Assembly (NCBI GenBank): GCA_965221905.1
Contig: OZ244922.1
Location: 3,072,001-3,136,000 of the forward strand
Source of the DNA: Chloroflexota bacterium
GTDB taxonomy: Bacteria; Chloroflexota; UBA11872; VXOZ01
Reading direction: 5' to 3'
DNA length: 64,000 nt
The notes under the pieces were generated by a model that saw only the letters and a program-made list of their open reading frames with translations, did not search any database and was not told where the DNA came from. Shown piece after piece: positions 10,096 to 19,480 of the stretch; positions within the stretch are counted from its first letter, which is position 1, and each line of letters starts with the position of its first letter. The position numbers and the translations under genes are program-made.

Positions 10096-11082
10096 TTACT
10101 GATACTCCAAGAGCACGCCGAGGTACTCATCTTTGCGGTCGCGCAGGCCCTCGTACGCCGTTTGTCCCTCGGTGTACGGCAGTACGTGTGTGATGAGCGG
10201 CTCCACGTTGATGCGGGCCTTCGCCAGCAACGACCACAGGAGCGGTATGTCACGTTCACGCGTAGCGGCGTCCACCGTACCGGCATGGGCTCCAATGAGG
10301 TGCACGCCCGTGCGGTGAATGTCGAAGTAGGGATCGAGTTCCAACTTATCCCGTGGACTCCCCAGCAGCACGACGCGCCCGTGGTCCGCTGCCGCTTTGA
10401 TAGCTAAGTCAATCGTCGGCCCGCTCCCCACGGCCTCAACCACGAAATTCGCACCGCGCGGGCCGAGTTCCGGCAGCCATTCAGCCAGCGGCTTTTCGCT
10501 CAAGTTGAACGCCAAGTCCACGCCGCACGCCTGCGCTTGCGCCAGACGAGGCACCGCGAGATCCGCAACGGCTACCTGGCCTGCTCCCGCCAAAGCGCAG
10601 AGCTGCGCACAGAGATTCCCCACCAGACCCATTCCAATCACGAGCGCGTTTTCGCCAAAGTAGACCGGCGCTTGGCGGATTGCCGACAACGCAATTTGCA
10701 ACATCGCAATAAATGGCACGTGTGAATCGGGCACACCCTCCGGCACCGGCAGCAGGACATCGCGACTGTGGAGCGCGTGCGTTGCATGGCGGCCACGGTG
10801 GAAAACGCGAACACCGGGCACCAGGTCAGTGACGCCGTCGCCAACCGCCAGCACCTCGCCAACCGCCGCGTAGCCGGGATAGAACGGATACTTGGCATAG
10901 GAAAATTCAGGTTCATCGAAGCCGCGATGCGTGCGCGTGAACATGGCTAGCTCAGTTCCCGCGCTGATCAACGAGAGCCGATTCTCAATTAGCGCCTCAC
11001 CGGGCCCAGGCACAGCCGGTAGAGTGAGAGACTCTGTAACGCACCGGTCTTTGCCCGGGAAAACCAGACGTTGAATTTCCAT
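10096..11082 (-). CDS. Medium-chain dehydrogenase/reductase (zinc-binding alcohol dehydrogenase superfamily)
   Basis: SLISAGTEL, YPFYPGYAAVGEV, Rossmann GMGLVG, VVEAVGS. Start MEIQRL at 11082 preferred over 11259. Confidence 0.85.
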   Translation of the reverse strand: MEIQRLVFPGKDRCVTESLTLPAVPGPGEALIENRLSLISAGTELAMFTRTHRGFDEPEFSYAKYPFYPGYAAVGEVLAVGDGVTDLVPGVRVFHRGRHATHALHSRDVLLPVPEGVPDSHVPFIAMLQIALSAIRQAPVYFGENALVIGMGLVGNLCAQLCALAGAGQVAVADLAVPRLAQAQACGVDLAFNLSEKPLAEWLPELGPRGANFVVEAVGSGPTIDLAIKAAADHGRVVLLGSPRDKLELDPYFDIHRTGVHLIGAHAGTVDAATRERDIPLLWSLLAKARINVEPLITHVLPYTEGQTAYEGLRDRKDEYLGVLLEYQ

Positions 11083-11298
11083 AGCGCATGCAGCCTCCCC
11101 TTCCTGCAGCCGCGCGTTCTCCAATGCCGCTATCGCTCCCATTATCGACCCAACGGCGCTCGTGCACAACACGCCGCCGGGCCGCCAGCTACCAGCGTCA
11201 GCGGCTATGAGGAAACCGGAATCCACGTGTCTGCCGGGCGTTATCGCGGTTTCCGCCAAGGAAATATGACAAGTTCACATTTCCTTGCACTTTAAACC

Positions 11299-11326
11299 TT
11301 GACAAACTGAAATGCTGTGCAATACT
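11299..11326 (+). promoter_or_regulatory. sigma70-type promoter for the mauE/mauD/Cys-rich peptide cassette
   Basis: TTGACA (11299-11304), 16-nt spacer, TG-n-AATACT (11318-11326). Confidence 0.5.
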
Positions 11327-11413
11327 AAAGGCAATGACACGGAGTACGGGTTGGGTAAGGGTAAGTGAAGGTGCTCTCGGAAGAGCCTTCACAGTGAGGT
11401 GGAGGGTAGCCCA

Positions 11414-11957
11414 GTGCTTGAAAATAGCGTTCTTTTCCTCCAACTGCTGGTAGGCGGCGTTTTTCTCCTGGCTGCCGCCGCCAAGTTGCTGCACTTGTCC
11501 GAGTTCAAAGCGGCGGTGCGGGGATTTGGTCTCGTGCCGGCGCCCGCGCTCCAGCCGGTGAGTGGCGCAATCCCTCTGTTTAGAACTCCTCTGTGGCACA
11601 TTGCTCATCACGGGCATTGCCGTGGCATGGGCCGTGTGGTTGTCCATCGGCTTGGTAACCGTCTTCATCGTCGCTTCCTCCGTTGCCTTGGCTCAGGGCC
11701 GGGGCGGGATCGACTGCTACTGCTTTGGCGCGGGCGGCCAACCGCTGGGCACGGCCACCATCATCAAGCAGGTCATTATCCTCGCATTGCTCACACTCCT
11801 GGCGCCCACTGCCGGTTCCACCTGGTTCCTGGATAGCGGATCTACCGCCAACGTAAGCGGCGCGCTCGGGGCCGTCGTGTTTGTAATCGGCGCTTGGGCT
11901 ATTGCCTTTGTGGCCGCTGAACTGCTGCGGCTGCGCACTATTTCACAATCAAACTGA
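11414..11957 (+). pseudogene. mauE: MauE/DoxX family membrane protein interrupted by a +1 frameshift (or sequencing error)
   Basis: First frame: LLVGGVFLLAAAAKL..F..AVRGFGLVP...AIPL. Second frame: LELLCGTLLI...GIDCYCFG (MauE-type CxCFG). Removing one T from TTT at 11579-11581 gives one 180-aa ORF. GGAGG precedes GTG 11414. Confidence 0.8.
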
Positions 11958-11991
11958 GGGAGAGAAACGCGCCCTGAGATGGCGAAACGAT

Positions 11992-12020
11992 CCGTCATTC
12001 CGACGCAAGCCGGAATCCAG
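11992..12020 (+). repeat. GTCATTCC-N-GGAATCCA REP-like hairpin
   Basis: CCGTCATTCCGACGCAAGCCGGAATCCAG; relatives at 17381, 19481, 36088, 37665. Confidence 0.7.
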
Positions 12021-12028
12021 AGAAACCG

Positions 12029-12052
12029 GTAGCGTAGGTTTGCAACCTGCGC
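12029..12052 (+). repeat. GTAG-type REP-like hairpin
   Basis: GTAGCGTAGGTTTGCAACCTGCGC, matches 2289-2312 in opposite orientation. Confidence 0.65.
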
Positions 12053-12086
12053 GCGGTCTCCGGTGAGCGTAGGAGGCACAAGAGGC

Positions 12087-12659
12087 ATGGAAGGCATCTG
12101 GCTGGCATCGTACCTGTTGCAATGGGTCCTCATTGGGCTGCTCGCCTTCGTCGTCATCGGCCTCATGCGGCAGATCGGGGAGTTGCGCCTGCGCGTGGGG
12201 GAGGAGCGTGAGAACGGTATCGCGGTCGGTGACAAAGCGCCGCTCTTCCAGGGAGAGGGTCTCAATGGGGCGGTTGACTTGGAGACCATGGCTGGCGAAC
12301 GGCTGCTGGTGCTCTTCGTCCATCCCACCTGCCCGCCCTGCAAGGAACTCTTCAAAAGCCTCAACGGAGAGCCGGAGCACATAGAACAACAAGGCGTGAG
12401 GATGGTGCTCGTAAGCGGCGGCAGCCGTGAGCAGAACCGGGAGATGATTGCAGAATTCAAGCTCTCGTGTCCGCTGGTGATCCAGCAGGAGCATGAGATA
12501 GCCGACCTGTACGGCAGTAGTTGGACGCCGTACGGCTTCGTGGTCGATGCCGATGGCAAAGTCTCTGGAAAGGGGGTGGTAAACGATGTGCATGTGCTAG
12601 GCGAGCTGCTCGCTACTGATGTGACGACCGGCAGCTTGCCAAAGAATGAGAGCGTGTGA
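12087..12659 (+). CDS. mauD: MauD-like membrane-anchored thioredoxin-fold protein
   Basis: N-terminal TM (SYLLQWVLIGLLAFVVIGLMRQIG), GDKAPLF, FVHPTCPPCKEL, cis-Pro TPYGFVVDADGKV..KGVVN: MauD-type architecture, next to a mauE-like gene. Confidence 0.8.
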   Translation: MEGIWLASYLLQWVLIGLLAFVVIGLMRQIGELRLRVGEERENGIAVGDKAPLFQGEGLNGAVDLETMAGERLLVLFVHPTCPPCKELFKSLNGEPEHIEQQGVRMVLVSGGSREQNREMIAEFKLSCPLVIQQEHEIADLYGSSWTPYGFVVDADGKVSGKGVVNDVHVLGELLATDVTTGSLPKNESV

Positions 12660-12762
12660 CATCCGCGCACAGAGCGTGGAGCCCGAACACCAAGTGTAAA
12701 GATGTCCCACGCGATAGTCGCATCACAGACGCAATGCATGCAAAGCATGGGAGGTAAAACCC

Positions 12763-13107
12763 ATGGACAAGCTTATTGCGAACGCGAGTGTTGGCCTAGC
12801 AAGAGCCAGCATGAACCGGCGTGGTTTTTTGGGCAGGCTGGCCCGAGCAACAGGTGGCGCTGCCGTTCTTACCGGTCTCGCTGCCGTAACGGTGTCTGCC
12901 AGCAGTCACTGTTGGGGGCCTTACTTCTGCGAGACGCATTCCGACAATTACTGTGGGGCGTGTGGCGAGAATTGCTCCCCTAGCAGCAGGCCGTATGTCC
13001 GGAGGCACCACGGCGTACATTGTCTCTCGGGAGAGAGGTGCCCATCATGGACCTCTTACGAGGGCTGTGGCTGCACTATTCCCAACCATCCTTGCCCTGG
13101 TGAATAG
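12763..13107 (+). CDS. Twin-arginine-exported cysteine-rich mini-protein (MauA-like leader, unrecognised mature domain)
   Basis: GGAGG RBS; NRRGFLG Tat motif, hydrophobic stretch, VSA cleavage site; ~68-aa mature part with 10 Cys and 2 Trp. Confidence 0.8.
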   Translation: MDKLIANASVGLARASMNRRGFLGRLARATGGAAVLTGLAAVTVSASSHCWGPYFCETHSDNYCGACGENCSPSSRPYVRRHHGVHCLSGERCPSWTSYEGCGCTIPNHPCPGE

Positions 13108-13267
13108 GGTTTCTTGGTGTTGACCGCACAACCGCAAGCCGGGTAAGCGATATGCAGAGCGCCTTCGGAGAGGAAACCTTCTACTGTCTGGGGCGCTCTG
13201 CGGTATCCAATCGGTTTGAGTGTGTTTAGGCGATTGTCGCGAGAACCGATACGAATGGAGTAGTGCG

Positions 13268-14515
13268 ATGCTTTCACGCCGAACGTTGATTGTAGGAACA
13301 GCGGCAATAACGGCGGGGTGTGGCTTTCTCAAGTCTCCGCTTACAGCGCCGGGGTCACCACAGCCCACTGCATTGAACTGGGTGTCGGGCGCGCATCTCG
13401 GTCTCAGTGACAGACTTGGAACATTACGCCCTAAGGAGATACTCCAACAGTCTATAACTGCCCTACAAGATGACGAAGAAAATCCGCATGGCCCCAAACG
13501 CGGGCGATACGAATTAACCCTGCGTTACGTAGAGTATTCAGCGATCCCGAACGACTATCCGGCGTGGCTCAATGAGATCGAAGCCGACCTTGTCACCGTC
13601 CATGCCGGAAACGCGAAGGCGCTGGCGGAAAGCGGCCTCTGGCTGCCCTTGGACCAGTTCCTAGGCGCGGCTGACCCGGAGCTTGAGGCGGCATTCTTTC
13701 CAGGCGCGGTCGAGCAGTTCCGGCACGGGGCGCTCTACGCTCTGCCGGTGGATGCCCGTCCGCTGATGCTCTACTACGACGCTGAGCACTTTGCTCGGGA
13801 GCAAGTCCCTCCTCCGACTGACGGTAGCTGGAACTGGGACGACTTAGTAGAGAATGCAGTGAAGTTGACAAGGCGACGGGAGGACGGGACCCCGGCCCGC
13901 TGGGGCTTAGGTGCACACAGCAATCAAGTCTGGTGGGCGCTGTGGCAAAACCAGGCGGAGGCGGTAGATCCGGACACCTTGCAGTGCCGGTTGCAGGAAC
14001 CGGAGGCGATTGAAGCCTTGCAGTTCATTCACGGGTTGATACACTCGCACCGCGTCTCGCCGCCAAAGGTGAATTGGGCGTCGCCGCCGGCAATGGTATA
14101 TGGGGTACCCCCGGCGCGCCCAAATTACGGCGACTATCGGTTGGCGGCGCTGCCTCGCGGCAAGGTGCAGGCTGTGCCCGTGTTCGGCGACATGGGAATT
14201 GCGATTGCCGCCCGGACGGAGAATGCGGAAACGGCGTACACGGCGCTAAAAGGACTGGTGCACGCCCTGCAACCCCGCGTGGGCGTGCCAGCAGAGAGGG
14301 AGGCAGTGGCGCGGCTTGGGGAATATCGGACCGACCTCCGACCCGAAGAGATCGCGGCGCTCCAGCGTTCAATGGAACATGGGCGCGGCATGCCGCAGAA
14401 TGTGCCGGCGTTGTTCGCCATGCAAAGTGTCGTCGAGGGTCTCGTGCGCGGTGACGACGTGGCAACCGTGGTCAACGAGGCCTGTTCCGTTGTTCGTGAG
14501 TACCAGCAGGCCTAA
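13268..14515 (+). CDS. Extracellular solute-binding lipoprotein (SBP family 1-like), paralogue 1
   Basis: SRRTL Tat-like motif and TAGC lipobox; LPLDQF, GALYALP, MLYYD, WNWDDLVENAVKLT typical of sugar-binding proteins. Confidence 0.8.
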   Translation: MLSRRTLIVGTAAITAGCGFLKSPLTAPGSPQPTALNWVSGAHLGLSDRLGTLRPKEILQQSITALQDDEENPHGPKRGRYELTLRYVEYSAIPNDYPAWLNEIEADLVTVHAGNAKALAESGLWLPLDQFLGAADPELEAAFFPGAVEQFRHGALYALPVDARPLMLYYDAEHFAREQVPPPTDGSWNWDDLVENAVKLTRRREDGTPARWGLGAHSNQVWWALWQNQAEAVDPDTLQCRLQEPEAIEALQFIHGLIHSHRVSPPKVNWASPPAMVYGVPPARPNYGDYRLAALPRGKVQAVPVFGDMGIAIAARTENAETAYTALKGLVHALQPRVGVPAEREAVARLGEYRTDLRPEEIAALQRSMEHGRGMPQNVPALFAMQSVVEGLVRGDDVATVVNEACSVVREYQQA

Positions 14516-14588
14516 GAGCCGGCACGGGAGTAGACGTGAATCCTTGGCTAATTCTGATTGTCGACACAATCCCGCCATTTCACCAATC

Positions 14589-14612
14589 GTAGCGCGGGGG
14601 CTTTCCCCCCGC
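14589..14612 (+). repeat. GTAG-type REP-like hairpin
   Basis: GTAGCGCGGGGGCTTTCCCCCCGC between SBP paralogues 1 and 2. Confidence 0.55.
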
Positions 14613-14729
14613 TTCCTCGCGCAAGCAGCGTAAACCCACTGGAAAAGCTGTTGAGAGGTGAACTGGTTATTGGTCTAGGGAGCACGCTGCAGACTTGAGA
14701 ATGTAGGATTCACGGCAAGGAAGGAAGTC

Positions 14730-15985
14730 ATGCTTTCACGCCGAGCGTTGACAGTCAGCGCGGCAGCCCTATGTGCCGTTGGCTGCGGTCAGCTTGAGTC
14801 GCTAGTGTCCGGACCGGTCACGCTCCACGAGACTGAGCTCGTGTGGGTCTGGAGGCCATTCCTCGGCATTGGCAATCAGCAGCAAATAGTCGACGCCCTA
14901 AATGAAGACCCAGCGAATCCGCTTGGCCCGCCGGGCGGGCGTTACCGTCTCCAAGTTCGCGCTATACAGCAGGCGCCCCGCTGGGACGACGTGGATGCAT
15001 GGCACGAGCTCAAGGCGGACCTGCTCACAGTGTCCGTGGAGGAGGCAAGGTTACTGGGGAAATGGGGGTGTTGCATGCTCTGGATCGGTTCAGCGACGCC
15101 AATGAAAGTGCGCTCAACGCGGTGTTCTTTCCGGGGGTACTGAATCAGTTTCGGGCGCAAGGGGCGCTCTATGCGCTGCCGGTTAGCGCCTTGCCCGTGA
15201 TGGTCTATTACGACAGAGTGTATTTCGCACAGCGGGGAGTGCCGCCGGTTGACAGCAGTTGGGGCTAGGACGAACTGGCAGAAAATGCGGCGAAGCTAAC
15301 TAATCGCGGGCAAGACGGCGTAGTGCGGCGTTGGGGATTGCGGGCGCATAGTAAGCTCTGGTGGGCGCTGTGGCAAAACGATGCGGACGTAGCGGACCCG
15401 GCAGCGTTGCAGTGTCGTTTGCAGGAACCGGCCGCAATCGAAGCGCTGCAATTTGTGTGGAAACTCCTGCACACCTTGCAGGTGTCGCCACTTGCTCTCG
15501 GCATGGATTTGATGAAGGTGACCCCGCCACCGGCTATGGTCTACAATAACCCGCCGCTGCGCCCGAGTTTTGGCTCGTACGGTTTGGCTCAGATTCCCCA
15601 AGGCAAGACGCAGGCCGTGCCGGTGAGGGCAGGCGTTGGGCTTGCTATCGCCGCGGGAACACAAAGTCCTGAGACGGCCTATACGGCCCTCCAGGGTCTG
15701 GTGCACGCCATGCAGCGGCATGCCACCGTGCCCGCAACCAGGGACGGAATCGAACGGCTCGGAGAATTTCAGCCCGGCATCCGCTCCGACGAAATCCAGG
15801 CAATTCAGCGTTCCATGGCGGCTGAACGGGAGATGCCGCGACTGCCGCAAGGCAAGCCGGAGTTGTACGCCATGAGTGCGATAGCAGAGGGTCTGGTACG
15901 GGGCGAAGACGTTTCAACCGTGGTCAACCAGGCCTGTTCCGTTTTGCGGGAGTACCAGCAAACAGGTGGTCCATCGGGTGGGTGA
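14730..15985 (+). pseudogene. Solute-binding lipoprotein paralogue 2, disrupted
   Basis: Starts MLSRRAL...AVGC. One G missing in the run at 15056-15059 (restores LLGEMGVLHALDRF). In-frame TAG at 15266-15268 where paralogues have TGG (WxWD). Homology continues to 15985. Confidence 0.85.
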
Positions 15986-17319
15986 CTATGGAACTTCGCC
16001 GGAGAATCAGGCTAACACGCCGAACGCTGATAGCAAGCACAGCGGTGCTTGCGGCCGGGTGTGGCGGGCTGGATATTCCATTTCCGGTGCTGGGCGCTCC
16101 GAAGATTACCCCATTGACCTGGGTTTCGCACATAATAACCGGTCTCGTTCCTGGGCACCTTGTGGCGTCGCCTGAGGAAAAACTCCGGCGGATAGAGCGA
16201 GAACTGGCGGAAGACAGTGACAGCGCCTTCGGTCCCACGCGCGGGCGCTACAGCCTGACGCTGCAATACTTTGAGCGCTACGCGGGCCCCTACTCGGATC
16301 GCGATGCTGAGGAGTACCTCAAGCCGGAGTACTTGGCGTCGTGGCTAATGGAAATTGGCGCGGACCTCGTAACCGTCTGGCCTCAGGAGGCGCGCGCATT
16401 AGGGGAGCGGGGCATATTGCTGCCTCTGGACCGGTTCAGCGGCGATGGGTCTGGGCTCAGCGGCGAATACTATTCGTCTGTGCTCGACAATTATCGAGAG
16501 AAGGGCGCGCTCTACGCGCTGCCGGTAGGCGCGGACCCGCTGATGCTCTCTTACGATGCGGACTACTTTGCAAGCATGGGGCTGGCGCCGCCAAACTCTA
16601 CGTGGGACTGGGATATCCTGGTGGAGAACGCCCTGAAGCTGACGCAGCGGGAGGAGGACGGCACGGTATCGCGCTGGGGGTTGATAGCGCACAATAGTTC
16701 TATTTGGTGGGCTTTGTGGCAAAATGAAGCGGAGCTAGCCGACGCGCTCACGGCGCAATGCCGCTTGCAGGAACCGGCCGCCGTCAAAGCGCTAGAGTAC
16801 ATTTGGGATTTGATGCACACCCATGGCGTCTCGCCCGCGGCCGCCGGAAATGATCTGGATAGGTTTGTCTATGGTGAAGTGGACTCCCCGCCGGCTATGA
16901 TATATTTCCCTGTGCTCTACCTCTCGGGGGGCGCCAAATATCGTAGAGCAGAGCTGCCCCGGGGCAAGGTGCCGAGCACGCAGGTCAATCCCTACCCGGG
17001 GATTGCGATTGCCGCGCGAACCGCCAATCCCGAGGCAGCCTACACCGCGCTCAGGGGACTCGTGAAAACTATGCAACCGCATGTCAGAGTGCCTACCGAG
17101 CGAGAGGCGGTGGCGCGTCTTGGGGAATTCCGGTGGGACCTCCAACCGGAGGAAGTTATCGCGATACAACAGTCTATGGAATACGGACGCGTGAGGCCGC
17201 AGGATGAGGCCCAAGTTCGCGCCATGTTCCGCTTGGTAGAGGCGCTCGCACGCGGCGACGACGTGACCTCCGCGGTCAATCAAGGCTGCTCAGTCCTCTA
17301 CGAGAACCAGCGGACGTGA
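15982..17319 (+). CDS. Extracellular solute-binding lipoprotein, paralogue 3
   Basis: TRRTL and AAGC lipobox; shares GRYxL, GALYALPV, WWALWQN, QCRLQEP, AYTAL.GLV, RGDDV..VN..CSV with paralogues 1 and 2. Confidence 0.8.
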   Translation: MTMELRRRIRLTRRTLIASTAVLAAGCGGLDIPFPVLGAPKITPLTWVSHIITGLVPGHLVASPEEKLRRIERELAEDSDSAFGPTRGRYSLTLQYFERYAGPYSDRDAEEYLKPEYLASWLMEIGADLVTVWPQEARALGERGILLPLDRFSGDGSGLSGEYYSSVLDNYREKGALYALPVGADPLMLSYDADYFASMGLAPPNSTWDWDILVENALKLTQREEDGTVSRWGLIAHNSSIWWALWQNEAELADALTAQCRLQEPAAVKALEYIWDLMHTHGVSPAAAGNDLDRFVYGEVDSPPAMIYFPVLYLSGGAKYRRAELPRGKVPSTQVNPYPGIAIAARTANPEAAYTALRGLVKTMQPHVRVPTEREAVARLGEFRWDLQPEEVIAIQQSMEYGRVRPQDEAQVRAMFRLVEALARGDDVTSAVNQGCSVLYENQRT

Positions 17320-17380
17320 GGGTCTGTCCGCGCTACGGTGTTACTGCATTCGTTCCACTTTTGCAGCAATAAAGCAGAGG

Positions 17381-17409
17381 ATGGATTCCCGCTTGCGCGG
17401 GATTGACGG
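17381..17409 (-). repeat. GTCATTCC-N-GGAATCCA REP-like hairpin
   Basis: ATGGATTCCCGCTTGCGCGGGATTGACGG. Confidence 0.7.
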
Positions 17410-17592
17410 CTAGTGATCTGCCCTACTATGGTAGTGATGGGCTGTGGTTCCTGCCCCATGCGTGGGACAAGCTACGGTGCTACGCTGCTCCGTCTACTTT
17501 CATAGCCATGAAGACCGCTACGCCTGCCCGCGTGGAGCAGCGGTCTTTCCTCCACCGCCGGGCCGCGCTTGCCCGCACAGAGCAACACGCAC

Positions 17593-19398
17593 CTAGTGCA
17601 CCACACTCTCCATATACTCCAAGGACTGGTGCCTAAAGTACGTGTCGTAGAGTGCTGCGTAGTGGCCGCCTGCGGCCAGCAGCGACCGGTGGGTGCCTTC
17701 TTCCAGGATGCGGCCGCTGTCCAGCACCAGAATGCGGTCGGCTTGCTGCACGGTATAGAGGCGGTGCGCGATCACTATTGAGGTGCGGTTGCGCATGATG
17801 GCTTCCACACCGTCTTGAATTTGCACCTCGGTAAAGGGGTCAACGCTCGCCGTTGCTTCGTCCAAGATGAATACCGCCGGATCGTGCAGCATCACGCGTG
17901 CCAGGGCCACAAGTTGACGCTGACCCATAGAAAGCCGTCCGCCGCGCTCGCCGACGTCGGTATCCAGCCCGTTGGGCAAGTCGGCAAGCCAATTGCCCCC
18001 CGCAATGTGTTCCACTGCACGCAGTACGTCTTCCTCAGTGGCTTCCGGCTTGCCGTACCGGATATTCTCGCCCACGGTGCCGCTAAAGAGAAATGGCGAC
18101 TGCGGCACGATGCCAATCTGACGGCGGTACGAAGCCAGCTCAAAAGTGCGGATATCGCGCCCGTCCACGAGCAATTGTCCCTCTTGATACTCGTAGAATC
18201 GCGCTACAAGCCGTACGATGCTCGTCTTGCCGGAGCCCGTATGTCCAACCAGCGCGATGGATTCGCCCGGTTGAATCTCTAGGTCAAAATCCGGCAACAC
18301 AATCTCACTGGGCTGGTAGCTGAAGCGCACCTTCCGAAACTCGAACCCTCCTTGCAGGTCGTCGGCAGGAACATCACCGGTCTGCACGACGCGGGGCTCA
18401 GCGTCGATCAGCCCAAACACCCGCTCACTGGCGGCGAGCCCATTTTGAAACTGACTCCAAAACGAAGCGATCTGCGTGAGCGGAAACCAGAAGAACATGA
18501 GCGCTTGAATGAAGAGATACCAATCGCCCACGCTCATAGCGCCGGAGGCTGTTTTCAGACCGCCGAAATAGACGACGACTGCGGCGCCAAGACCGGCTGT
18601 GGCGTTGAACACCGGGAAGAAAGTATTGAGCACGATCCCTTGCCGGAAGTTTACACGGTACGCTTGCTGGTTGATGCGAACGAAGTCATCATGCACCGCC
18701 TTCTCTTGGCGGAATACCTTAGCTACGGCGATACCGCTAATCGACTCCTCGATGTGGGCGTTGACCTGCGCCATGATGCGCCGCGAATGCAGCGAGGTCT
18801 CACGGGCAATGCGTCGGAACAGGAGCGAAATAGCTGCTATAAACGGCGCCATCGCCACCGTAATCAACCCCAGTTGCAGATTGATAACGAGCAACACGCC
18901 TCCCATCAGCAGCACCAGCATCACCTGACTGATCAAATTCATCGTAAGAGAGACCGTCTCAGCGAATCCATCCGTGTCCGAGGAAACACGGCTGACGAGT
19001 TTGCCGGTCGGCTGATCGTCGAAGAACGAGAGGTCGTGCCCCATGGTTGCATTGAACGCGTCCTCCCGAATCTTCAGAATAACGTTGCCAATCGCGACGG
19101 CGCCGAGCCATTGACGGAGAAAATTGAGGCCCCATGAGACGCTGCTCAAGAGCAGGATAAAAATTATGAGGAGCACCATCGTCTGCGCGACGGGATTGTC
19201 GACGACCTGGTCAATGCCGCGGGAGATGAGGATCGGCACCGCCGTATCGGTCAGCGAACCGACAAAGACAGCGCCTGCCACCAATAGCATTGGACGCAAT
19301 TGCGGACGGAAGTATTTCACAATACGACTTAGGAGCGCCCGATCGCTGTACTCGCGGTCGTACGCGTCTGCGTCCAGGCCGTCCATCACAAAACCCAT
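17593..19398 (-). CDS. Heterodimeric ABC exporter subunit (TMD+NBD)
   Basis: Six-TM domain, GHTGSGKT, LSMGQRQL, ILDEATASVD, IAHRL. Confidence 0.92.
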   Translation of the reverse strand: MGFVMDGLDADAYDREYSDRALLSRIVKYFRPQLRPMLLVAGAVFVGSLTDTAVPILISRGIDQVVDNPVAQTMVLLIIFILLLSSVSWGLNFLRQWLGAVAIGNVILKIREDAFNATMGHDLSFFDDQPTGKLVSRVSSDTDGFAETVSLTMNLISQVMLVLLMGGVLLVINLQLGLITVAMAPFIAAISLLFRRIARETSLHSRRIMAQVNAHIEESISGIAVAKVFRQEKAVHDDFVRINQQAYRVNFRQGIVLNTFFPVFNATAGLGAAVVVYFGGLKTASGAMSVGDWYLFIQALMFFWFPLTQIASFWSQFQNGLAASERVFGLIDAEPRVVQTGDVPADDLQGGFEFRKVRFSYQPSEIVLPDFDLEIQPGESIALVGHTGSGKTSIVRLVARFYEYQEGQLLVDGRDIRTFELASYRRQIGIVPQSPFLFSGTVGENIRYGKPEATEEDVLRAVEHIAGGNWLADLPNGLDTDVGERGGRLSMGQRQLVALARVMLHDPAVFILDEATASVDPFTEVQIQDGVEAIMRNRTSIVIAHRLYTVQQADRILVLDSGRILEEGTHRSLLAAGGHYAALYDTYFRHQSLEYMESVVH

Positions 19399-19480
19399 TG
19401 GCCGGACCTCATTTGCGGTGCAGAACGGTAGTTTCCGCGTTCACAGCCCCCGCTCCTTCTGCCGTGCTTGTGACAAATTG

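Noticed and set aside
11717-12748. 343-aa minus-strand ORF and the many other overlapping ORFs in the track
   Set aside because: Shadow ORFs antisense to well-supported genes in GC-rich DNA, with no motifs.
12763-13107. Calling the Cys-rich ORF mauA (methylamine dehydrogenase light chain)
   Set aside because: Core too short, no recognisable MauA motifs, and no mauB or mauG in the window.
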